IMG/VR virus record: IMGVR_UViG_3300010234_000001
Location: 50,612-114,611 of that record
Origin: a virus
Taxonomy: Duplodnaviria > Heunggongvirae > Uroviricota > Caudoviricetes
Reading direction: 5' to 3' (one strand)
Length of the DNA: 64,000 bases
Shown: positions 56,505 to 64,000 of the stretch, piece by piece
Layout of the letters: the number at the start of each line of letters is the position of its first letter
How positions within the stretch are numbered: position 1 is the first letter of the stretch
Made by a program: the position numbers and the translations under genes
The notes under the pieces: model-generated
The model's input: only the letters and a program-made list of their open reading frames with translations
What the model was told of the DNA's origin: nothing
Database searches by the model: none

Positions 56505-57240
56505 CATGAAAATTATAGACCTCATTCTTGAGAATGAATACGATGAAACTTCTCTTGGGCAACTATTTCGAACAATAGGCCATATAAAAGGAAGTTCAAA
56601 ATATAAAGGTAAGAAGCTTCTCAAGAGAAATCGTAGGGGAAGAACAATTTCGCGTGCTCCGGTAAGAGTCGCACGACGACCATCCAGTCCTTCACCAGTT
56701 GCTAACGCCAAGCCAAAAACGGTTGCTCCAAAAAGAGTCATCAACACTCCAACAACACACACAAAAGCCGCTGTAGGAACACCAAAACCGGCAAATAACA
56801 ACCGAAAAACATGGTCCAAGACCAAGTTTACGGGCCAGCGACCAAAACCGGCAAACTCTTCACCAAATCCGAAGCCACAGGCGAAGCCACAGGCACCAAT
56901 GATGACTGCGGCTAATAAGAACACGAAGACAAAACGAACTAAAAGCGATCCGGTCGAAAAGCGACAGGCACCCGTCGTCAAGAGCAGCAATCCGTCCACA
57001 AAGATGACAGTCAAGCCTAGGGCAAGCAACTTGAACCTGAAAGGTACTGGCAAACCGGCTCCACGTAAGATTACACCAACCGCAAGAAGTTCAAGTAAAC
57101 TAAATACTGGTAATAGAAACAGAATTGACACCAGTCGATTCTCATCATCACGTCGAAGAAATTCGTTGGCAAGTTCTCCAAAGATTAACAGAGTCAAGAG
57201 ACTTGAACGAAACTTTGATGGTGGCAAGAAGGATAAGTAA
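56494..57240 (+). CDS. Basic low-complexity (K/R/P/S/T) protein, 248 aa
   Basis: Fills the gap between gp68 and gp21 in operon orientation; few acidic residues after the N-terminus. Confidence 0.65.
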   Translation: MGVNMKIIDLILENEYDETSLGQLFRTIGHIKGSSKYKGKKLLKRNRRGRTISRAPVRVARRPSSPSPVANAKPKTVAPKRVINTPTTHTKAAVGTPKPANNNRKTWSKTKFTGQRPKPANSSPNPKPQAKPQAPMMTAANKNTKTKRTKSDPVEKRQAPVVKSSNPSTKMTVKPRASNLNLKGTGKPAPRKITPTARSSSKLNTGNRNRIDTSRFSSSRRRNSLASSPKINRVKRLERNFDGGKKDK

Positions 57241-57891
57241 ATGGGACTTCTAATAACGGAAGACAATTTCGAAGACGTTGAGTTGATCGTTGAAGGAACG
57301 GGCGGCGATAAAAAATATCGCATCCGTGGTATTTTCATGCAAGCGGAAATGACGAACAAAAACGGACGACGTTACCCCCTTCCTATCTTGGAAAGAGAAG
57401 CGAATCGTTACAACAACAATTATGTTGTAAAGAATCGCGCATTAGGAGAACTTGGTCACCCGGATAATCCGTCAATTAACCTTGACCGAGCATCCCACAT
57501 GATTACAAAGTTGCAAAAAGACGGCAACAATTTCATGGGCGAAGCAAAAATCCTGAATACACCCAACGGAAAGATTGTCAAGAACATGCTTGATGAAGGT
57601 GTTTCGCTTGGTGTTTCTACGCGCGGAGTTGGTTCGCTTCGCGAGACTAATGGCGTAAAGCTTGTATGCGATGATTTCCATCTAGCTACTGCGGCAGACA
57701 TTGTGCTTGACCCTTCCGCACCGGAAGCATTTGTTGAAGGAATTCTTGAAGGGAAGCAATGGATTATGGAATCTGGCGACTGGACGGAAATAGATTACGA
57801 CCGAACTAAAAAGTATCTGAAAGAGGCTACAAAACATGATTACGAGGATCGTTTTCTAAATGTCTTTAACAGATTCATTGAAAAACTGTAA
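57241..57891 (+). CDS. gp21: Prohead protease gp21
   Basis: I.GIFMQAE..N.NGR.YP; ALGELGHP; GVS.RG.GS; ADIV.DPSAP.AFV.GI.E. Confidence 0.97.
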   Translation: MGLLITEDNFEDVELIVEGTGGDKKYRIRGIFMQAEMTNKNGRRYPLPILEREANRYNNNYVVKNRALGELGHPDNPSINLDRASHMITKLQKDGNNFMGEAKILNTPNGKIVKNMLDEGVSLGVSTRGVGSLRETNGVKLVCDDFHLATAADIVLDPSAPEAFVEGILEGKQWIMESGDWTEIDYDRTKKYLKEATKHDYEDRFLNVFNRFIEKL

Positions 57892-57896
57892 CTTCA

Positions 57897-57902
57897 TAAA
57901 TA
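57897..57902 (+). promoter_or_regulatory. Late promoter TAAATA
   Basis: Upstream of gp22. Confidence 0.7.
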
Positions 57903-57946
57903 GTTACGCATAAAACAATATCACCACTCAAGGAGATTACTCTACA

Positions 57947-59536
57947 ATGCCTAAGAGTTTCAAAGACACGGTAAAGAGCGTCCTGACTGAAGCTAATGTA
58001 CATCCTAAAGATGATACTAACAACACGCCAAACGTCAAGACTCTAAAGCCAAGTTCCAAGCACAAAGAAAAGTTTGGAATCGACAAAAAGAACACGCACG
58101 GCCTAACCCCCGAGTTTGAAGACCTTGGCGCTCCACACGTACATCCGAATGACGGCGTTGAGAGCAAAGGACGAGCCGCTGCACGTAACATTCTGAAGGC
58201 CGCAAAGCGACGCGCCGACAGCAACCAGCCGGGAGAACCGGGTTACAAACTACGCGAAGAGCTTGAAAACCTTTCCGATGACATTACGACTATTGAAGAA
58301 GCTTTGGCCGCACTTAGCGACGAAGCAATTTCCGATCTTGTCGAAATGGAAGCGGAGCAGGTTGCGGAGCTATTCGGCGAAGATTCGGTTGAAACAATCG
58401 TTGGTTATCTTCAGGAAAATGTTGAATTCGAAGACGATTCAACGGAAGAGCTTTCCGAAGACGATGACGGAATTACCGAAGAGCAGTTCATCGGAGTGAT
58501 GGAAGCTATTGCGGAAGATCAGAACATCGATATCAACAATCTATCCGAAGATGAGCTTGATGAGCTATCAGAAGCCGCTGCCGAACAGATTGAAGAGCTA
58601 TACGGCAAGGGAAGCCTAACGAAGATTCGGGACTTCCATAAGACTGCCGGTGACGCTAACGTTCGATCCGGTTCGGTTGAAAAGGGTAAGTTCAACAAGA
58701 CTTACACCGGTCACCGTTCTTCGGAAGCGCAAGCCAACACCCTTATCAGAAAAGGCAACAAAGCCAAGATGAAGAAAGTAAACGAGCAAGACATTGAAGA
58801 CATTCAGCTAGACATGTCCGATGATGTTGCAGCAATGTTTAACGGCGAAGACCTATCCGAAGAATTCAAGGAAAAGGCTGCCGGTATCTTCGAAACCGCC
58901 GTAAAGGCAAAGATTGTAGAATATCAGAAAGAACTTGACGAAGCATTTGTCGAGTCTCTTGAAGAGGCTACTGAAGAACTTGCCGAAGCTCTTGAAGCTA
59001 AGGTTGAGAAGTATATGGAATACGTTGTTGAAGAGTGGATCAACGAGAACGAGGTTGCCGTCGAGCAGTCACTACGTAACGAGATTACGGAAGACTTTAT
59101 CGCGGGACTGCGTAACTTGTTCATCGAGCACTACATCGACGTTCCAGAGTCACAGATCGATGTGCTAGAAGAGCTTGCCGAAGAAGTTGAAGAACTTAAA
59201 GAAAAGCTTGACGATCAGATCAAGACAAATCTGGACATGCAAGACGAACTTAACGAAGCTAAAAAGATTGAGTTGTTCGCAACGTATGTAAATGAAGCAA
59301 AACTAACGGATACGCAAATTGACAAGCTTGCTTCATTAATTGAGGGCGTAGACTACGACGACGAAGATGGATTCCTAGACAATCTTAACACGTTGAAGGA
59401 AAACTACTTCCCTGTTAACAAGAAAGCCCCTGCAAAGACACTTCAGGAAGAAAATCTTGAAGTTAATGAAGACACGCAGGAACTTTCCGGTCCTATGAGC
59501 AAGTATGTCAAAGCACTAAGCCGCTCAAAACTATAA
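57947..59536 (+). CDS. gp22: Prohead scaffold protein gp22, 529 aa
   Basis: LSEEFKEKA..IFE.AV; Y..YVVEEW..EN..A....LR.EI.E.F..GL..LF.EHY.DVP; KENYF. Confidence 0.93.
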   Translation: MPKSFKDTVKSVLTEANVHPKDDTNNTPNVKTLKPSSKHKEKFGIDKKNTHGLTPEFEDLGAPHVHPNDGVESKGRAAARNILKAAKRRADSNQPGEPGYKLREELENLSDDITTIEEALAALSDEAISDLVEMEAEQVAELFGEDSVETIVGYLQENVEFEDDSTEELSEDDDGITEEQFIGVMEAIAEDQNIDINNLSEDELDELSEAAAEQIEELYGKGSLTKIRDFHKTAGDANVRSGSVEKGKFNKTYTGHRSSEAQANTLIRKGNKAKMKKVNEQDIEDIQLDMSDDVAAMFNGEDLSEEFKEKAAGIFETAVKAKIVEYQKELDEAFVESLEEATEELAEALEAKVEKYMEYVVEEWINENEVAVEQSLRNEITEDFIAGLRNLFIEHYIDVPESQIDVLEELAEEVEELKEKLDDQIKTNLDMQDELNEAKKIELFATYVNEAKLTDTQIDKLASLIEGVDYDDEDGFLDNLNTLKENYFPVNKKAPAKTLQEENLEVNEDTQELSGPMSKYVKALSRSKL

Positions 59537-59539
59537 GAT

Positions 59540-59547
59540 TATAAATA
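59540..59547 (+). promoter_or_regulatory. Late promoter TATAAATA
   Basis: Perfect consensus upstream of gp23. Confidence 0.88.
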
Positions 59548-59587
59548 TACTAAAGAAGCGTAAGAAACCACTAAGGAGAAACCAACC

Positions 59588-60910
59588 ATGTATCTTACCG
59601 AAACTTTGGAGAACAAGTGGGCACCGGTCCTAGACCACCCTGACATGGGCGAAATTAAAGACCCATATCGAAGAGCGGTGACTGCTGTTATCCTAGAAAA
59701 CCAAGAGCAGGATTTGGCGAAAACTTCGCAGATGCTGCGAGAAGATGCGCCAACTAATGCTACAGGTTCCAGCATCGACAACTATGATCCTATTTTGATT
59801 TCTCTAGTACGTCGATCCCTGCCGAACTTGATCGCATATGATATTTGCGGCGTTCAGCCGATGACTGGACCGACAGGTCTTATCTTCGCACTACGTTCAC
59901 GTTACACCAGCCAGACTGGTACCGAAGCTCTATTCCCTGAAGCAAACACTGCATTCTCTAGCACGTCTGCTGCGGGTGCAAACGGTAACATTTCCGGCTC
60001 CGTAACTAACACCAACCCTGTCTTTGCTCTATCCGATGCAACGACATACGGTGTCGGCGCTGGTATGACCACGGCCGCTGCTGAAGGACTTGGTAACGAC
60101 TCTGGAAACCATTTCGCAGAAATGGCCTTCTCAATTGAGAAGATTTCCGTTGAAGCACGTTCGCGTGCCCTAAAGGCGGAATACACCATGGAACTTGCAC
60201 AAGACTTGAAGGCAATCCACGGACTAGACGCAGAGACGGAACTTTCAAACATTCTGTCAACTGAAATTCTAGCCGAGATTAACCGTGAAGTTGTTCGACA
60301 TATCTACAGAACAGCAACAATTGGTGCACAGTACGGCGTAACAACCAACGGAACATTCGACCTAGACACCGACTCAAACGGTCGTTGGATGGTTGAGAAG
60401 TTCAAGGGCTTGATCTTCCAGATTGAGCGTGAAGCGAACGCCATCGCAAAGGCAACAAGACGTGGTAAGGGCAACATCCTTATCGTTTCTTCGGATGTTG
60501 CTTCGGCACTGGCAATGGCGGGTGTCCTAGACTACACGCCTGCGCTTAACGTTAACCTAACGGTTGACGATACTGGTAATACTTTTGCCGGTACTATCCA
60601 CGGACGAATGAGAGTCTACATTGACCCTTACTTCGGTGGTACTTCAAACGGTGACGAGCTTGTCACGGTCGGATATAAGGGTTCATCCCCATTCGATGCG
60701 GGACTGTTCTATTGCCCATACGTACCTCTACAGATGGTTCGTGCTATCGGACAAGACACATTCCAGCCAAAGATCGGCTTCAAAACCCGATACGGAATGG
60801 TCGCAAATCCGTTCGCAACGACTGCGGGAGACGGTGTTGTTGGAAGCAGAGACAATGCTGCACAGACCAACATCTACTACAGAATATTCAGAGTCAGAAA
60901 TATAATGTAG
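59588..60910 (+). CDS. gp23: Major capsid protein gp23, 440 aa
   Basis: KWAPVL.H; LISLVRR..PNLIAYDICGVQPMTGPTGLIFA; SRALKAEYT.ELAQDLKAIHGLDAE; FQPKIGFKTRYG. Confidence 0.99.
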   Translation: MYLTETLENKWAPVLDHPDMGEIKDPYRRAVTAVILENQEQDLAKTSQMLREDAPTNATGSSIDNYDPILISLVRRSLPNLIAYDICGVQPMTGPTGLIFALRSRYTSQTGTEALFPEANTAFSSTSAAGANGNISGSVTNTNPVFALSDATTYGVGAGMTTAAAEGLGNDSGNHFAEMAFSIEKISVEARSRALKAEYTMELAQDLKAIHGLDAETELSNILSTEILAEINREVVRHIYRTATIGAQYGVTTNGTFDLDTDSNGRWMVEKFKGLIFQIEREANAIAKATRRGKGNILIVSSDVASALAMAGVLDYTPALNVNLTVDDTGNTFAGTIHGRMRVYIDPYFGGTSNGDELVTVGYKGSSPFDAGLFYCPYVPLQMVRAIGQDTFQPKIGFKTRYGMVANPFATTAGDGVVGSRDNAAQTNIYYRIFRVRNIM

Positions 60911-60957
60911 TACGCAATTATATGTAATTGCCAATAATAAAAAAAAAAATATATCTT

Positions 60958-60985
60958 GGGGGAACTTCGGTTCCCCCTCTTTTTT
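60958..60985 (+). terminator. Rho-independent terminator after gp23
   Basis: gggggaac-TTCG-gttccccc followed by a T-run. Confidence 0.88.
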
Positions 60986-61027
60986 CTCCTATATATACAT
61001 ATAATTCACAACAAGGAGAACGTAACT

Positions 61028-61618
61028 ATGTGTACCATCTACTGCTATACCAACAAAATTACCGGAAAGAAATATGTTGGGCAAACAATTCATCCGGAAC
61101 AACGTAAACGTAATCATATTCATGAAGCAACTAAAAAAGGAAGCGATTATTATTTTCATAAATCAATACGAAAACATGGTATTGAAAATTTTTCTTATGA
61201 AGTTCTTGAAGAAACGGAAAATCCAAACGAACGGGAGACATATTATATCAAAAAATTAGATACCTACTGGCCTAACGGATATAATATGATTATTGAGCAT
61301 AATGGCATGCCGGAAGAAATTCGTAAAAAAATAAGCGAAACCAAAAAGCGCCAATGGAAAGAATTATCTGAAGAAGAAAAAAATATACGACGAGAAAATC
61401 TAAGACAATCAAATATAGGAAGATTGCAATCAGATCACCAAAAAGAAACCGTCAAAAAACTAAGACAAAAAGAATGGATTATAACTCATCCGGATGGAAC
61501 CAAAGAAAATATCATAAACTTAAATAATTGGTGTAAAGAAAAGGGTTTTGGAACTAATGGACAATCTAATCTTGTTAGGGGTTCATATAAAGAATATAAA
61601 GCAAAAGTGGTTAATTAA
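61028..61618 (+). mobile_element. GIY-YIG homing endonuclease, about 196 aa
   Basis: TIYCYTNKITGKKYVGQT; FH.SIRKHG.ENF.YEVLE; AGGAG RBS (start re-set to 61028). Confidence 0.88.
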
Positions 61619-61651
61619 CCATTATTAAAAGCAAAAACAAAAATGAGACTA

Positions 61652-61679
61652 GGGGGACCATTTGGTCCCCTATTTTTTT
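61652..61679. terminator. Terminator between convergent genes
   Basis: ggggacc-attt-ggtcccc with a T-run on the right and an A-rich left flank. Confidence 0.7.
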
Positions 61680-61689
61680 ATCGGTTTTC

Positions 61690-62100
61690 CTAAACAAAAG
61701 AAACGTTTTCCCGAACAAAAAATATCCATCTATCAAGAACAGGTTCTTTCGGATTATCCGCCAAATATCTCAAATACCATGCGGCTTCATCCTTGGTCGC
61801 ATCAAATGATGATAGAAACAGATTACACCTATCATCATAATCCAAACCAAGATATTCCGCCGCCGAAGCTTCATAACTATAGCTTATAATGTCCATCTTG
61901 GCATCACTTAGGTATCGAGTAGGTTCAAAAGTGAACATGGTATACCCGGCGATACATGCCGCAGTTCCACACATATGCCCGGATTTGACCTCATTAATAT
62001 TAGTAATTGTTACCCATGAATCCATATCAAATACCGGACGGTTTTCACCATTAGACTCGATTTCATCAGCGACTTTTCGCAGATTTTCAACATTTCTCAT
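61690..62100 (-). CDS. Paralog 3 of tandem CGT.ACIAG family, 136 aa
   Basis: MRNVENLRKVADEIE...CGTAACIAGYT. Confidence 0.8.
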   Translation of the reverse strand: MRNVENLRKVADEIESNGENRPVFDMDSWVTITNINEVKSGHMCGTAACIAGYTMFTFEPTRYLSDAKMDIISYSYEASAAEYLGLDYDDRCNLFLSSFDATKDEAAWYLRYLADNPKEPVLDRWIFFVRENVSFV

Positions 62101-62483
62101 GACTTTTTCTCCCATGGTCGTCTCCTTGCCCAATCGCTCACAATAATAGCATCCGGATTGTCCGCTAGATATCGAAGATAAGCTACGGCATCTTCTTCTG
62201 TTGCATCGAAAGATGTTTCGAACAAACCATAGGCTTCGTAACGACTTAGACCCAAGCATTCCATACCTAAAGTTAGAAAATCCGTACCGTATCTATATTC
62301 TTTCGGTTTACATGTGAAAACCGTATATCCGGCGATACACGCCGATGTTCCACACTCATGACCTTCCTCATATTCTTTTATATTCGTAACATCATACCAA
62401 ACATCCATATTAAACTTTGGGCGAGTTTCGCCGTTAGCTTCAATTTCATCCGCCACCTTACGTAGCGCATCAGCATTTCTCAT
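62097..62483 (-). CDS. Paralog 2 of tandem CGT.ACIAG family, 128 aa
   Basis: MRNADALRKVADEIE...CGTSACIAGYT. Confidence 0.8.
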   Translation of the reverse strand: MRNADALRKVADEIEANGETRPKFNMDVWYDVTNIKEYEEGHECGTSACIAGYTVFTCKPKEYRYGTDFLTLGMECLGLSRYEAYGLFETSFDATEEDAVAYLRYLADNPDAIIVSDWARRRPWEKKS

Positions 62484-62875
62484 GACTTTTTCTCCCATGG
62501 CTTTATGTCAGCCCAATCGCTCACAATAATAGCATTCGGATTATCCGCAAGATATCTAAGATAAGCTACAGCATCTTCCTTGGTTGCATTAAAGGATGCA
62601 TCAAATAAATTCAACGATTCTATACGATCCAATCCAAGAAATTCCATTGCTGTTACACGAAAACTAAACCCAAAACTTCTTGTGAAATATTTCTCAGGGG
62701 AGAACACGAAGACAGTGTACCCGGCAATGCATGCGGAAGTTCCGCACGCATGACCTTTATAGTATTCAAATTCGTCCATGATACCGATCCACTGACTCAT
62801 ATCAAACTTTGGACGACTCGAACCATTAGCCTCGATTTCGTCCGCCACTTTTCGTAGATTTTCAGCATTTCTCAT
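62480..62875 (-). CDS. Paralog 1 of tandem CGT.ACIAG family, 131 aa
   Basis: MRNAENLRKVADEIE...CGTSACIAGYT. Confidence 0.8.
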   Translation of the reverse strand: MRNAENLRKVADEIEANGSSRPKFDMSQWIGIMDEFEYYKGHACGTSACIAGYTVFVFSPEKYFTRSFGFSFRVTAMEFLGLDRIESLNLFDASFNATKEDAVAYLRYLADNPNAIIVSDWADIKPWEKKS

Positions 62876-62897
62876 TACAAAAATTCCTTCTGTTCAT

Positions 62898-62942
62898 TTT
62901 CGATAAATATACAGTAGCACATCAAATCCAACATGTCAAGGA
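62898..62942 (-). promoter_or_regulatory. Early promoter of island 3 overlapping plus-strand late promoter (TAAATA 62904-62909)
   Basis: Minus: cTTGACatgttggatttgatgtgCTACTG..tttatcgaaa. Confidence 0.7.
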
Positions 62943-62948
62943 CAAAAT

Positions 62949-63464
62949 ATGGCACTCGATAACAGATTACAGGGAACGCCCACAAATCAAAACTACGTGC
63001 ATCCCCACAAGTTCCGGTTTAATATTCCGGGAATGAATTTCCAGAACTACTTCTGCCAGTCGGTCGTTATGCCCGCCGTATCAACAAACTTCGCGCAACA
63101 AACGGCAATGGGACGGGCGGATGTTAAAAGGCACGGAGACAAGCTAGTATACGATCCGCTTAATATAACATTCTACGTGGACGAAGACTTGCGCTCATAC
63201 GAAGAAATGTATGATTGGCTAAGAGCATTAACAACCCCGCACAGTTTTAGTGAATACGCTCCGCACGTTCGGGAAGACATCTATAAAGACGCTACGCTAT
63301 CAATTCTAAATAACTCCAACCTAGCAAACATACAGATCAACTTCAAGAATTGCCACCCAACGGACCTTGGTTCGCTAGTATTCGATACTACGCTTGAACC
63401 GGAAGCGGTAATGGTTGCCGATCTAACTTTAGTGTATGACACATACGAGATAGTTAGACTTTAA
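62949..63464 (+). CDS. gp3: Tail completion/sheath stabilizer gp3
   Basis: NY..P..F.F.......YFCQSV..P; GDKL.Y..L...F.VDEDL.SY.E.Y.W; DATL.ILN.SN; L..L.F. Confidence 0.9.
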   Translation: MALDNRLQGTPTNQNYVHPHKFRFNIPGMNFQNYFCQSVVMPAVSTNFAQQTAMGRADVKRHGDKLVYDPLNITFYVDEDLRSYEEMYDWLRALTTPHSFSEYAPHVREDIYKDATLSILNNSNLANIQINFKNCHPTDLGSLVFDTTLEPEAVMVADLTLVYDTYEIVRL

Positions 63465-63466
63465 AG

Positions 63467-63494
63467 ACTTGACATATCCGTTTGTTTTTGCTAT
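63467..63494 (+). promoter_or_regulatory. sigma70 early promoter CTTGAC-N17-CTATAC
   Basis: Near-perfect match to the Sinorhizobium RpoD consensus; upstream of uvsY. Confidence 0.8.
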
Positions 63495-63544
63495 ACTTCT
63501 ATTACCACTACACCACCACACAAAAAAAGATAGGGGTATTACTA

Positions 63545-64000
63545 ATGGATATCAAAAATCCAAACATGATTGACACGCTTGATGCATTAATAGCCAAGTG
63601 GAGAACAGACGCGACGGAGATTGACTTGCATCATCCCGATAAGGATGCGGCCAAGATTACCAATCTTCATCAAGACTACATAACCATCAAAGCTATTCAT
63701 AATCGGCTTGTCAAACAAAACGAAAACAAACTGAAAAGAACCAAGCACATTCTCTGGCAATACTTTCGCGGTGATATAGCCGATCCGGAAGAATTGAAAG
63801 AGCATGATCTTGAACCAATTCAAAAGCGCATTAACAAAACTGACGTTGATCAATACGTCAACTCACATGAAAGAGTATTGAACCTTCAATGGAAGATTGA
63901 CAATCATAAAGAGATTGTATCTTACTGCGATTCGGTTCTAAAAGCCCTTTCGGATAGGGGTTGGCTTATCAAGCACGTTATAGATTGGGCAAAGTTAGAA
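63545..64000 (+). CDS. uvsY: Recombination mediator UvsY (runs off window end; not in ORF track)
   Basis: MDIKNPNMIDTLDALIAKWRTDATEID...LH..Y...LWQYFRG...EP....K.D...Y...KI......C...LK....RGW.IK...DW.K; follows gp3 as in T4-like phages. Confidence 0.88.
   Translation, partial: MDIKNPNMIDTLDALIAKWRTDATEIDLHHPDKDAAKITNLHQDYITIKAIHNRLVKQNENKLKRTKHILWQYFRGDIADPEELKEHDLEPIQKRINKTDVDQYVNSHERVLNLQWKIDNHKEIVSYCDSVLKALSDRGWLIKHVIDWAKLE

Noticed and set aside
56490-57359. 289-aa minus-strand ORF
   Set aside because: Antisense to the low-complexity basic gene and gp21; explained by codon bias, with no promoter or RBS.
377-60910. Genome-wide TAG-to-Gln recoding (code 15)
   Set aside because: gp13, gp19 and gp23 end at TAG at about their expected C-termini, and long genes are intact under the standard code.
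47629-60910. Group I introns or inteins in gp17, gp18, gp20 or gp23
   Set aside because: Each is a single ORF of plausible length; the endonucleases are intergenic and no intein motifs were seen.

Overview
The window is part of a T4-superfamily myophage genome, probably infecting an alphaproteobacterium: early promoters read (C/G)TTGAC-N17-CTATAT-like and an RHH_4-type gene is present. It has two zones. (1) 1-17.5 kb is a minus-strand early/accessory zone of about 48 small ORFs, built as a tandem array of about 35 related sigma70 promoter + leader + RBS units, mostly one or two genes each. The units fall into local subfamilies with chimeric members. About half carry a GANTC (CcrM) site in or on the -35/-10 region, and several are palindromic. 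Cargo includes an ArdA antirestriction protein, a 35-aa ArfA-like peptide missed by the ORF track, a degenerate tRNA-Lys(UUU)-like element and other structured non-coding segments. (2) 17.5-64 kb is the plus-strand late morphogenesis cluster driven by TAAATA late promoters: split gp5, gp25, gp6, gp7-like, gp8, a 1998-aa DUF4815/VrlC-like protein, fibres, gp13-gp23, gp3 and a partial uvsY. It is interrupted by five free-standing homing endonuclease genes (one a remnant) and three antisense early-type gene islands. At three early/late boundaries the late promoter is nested in the spacer of the divergent early promoter. All calls come from reading the sequence and remembered family motifs; no database search was run.
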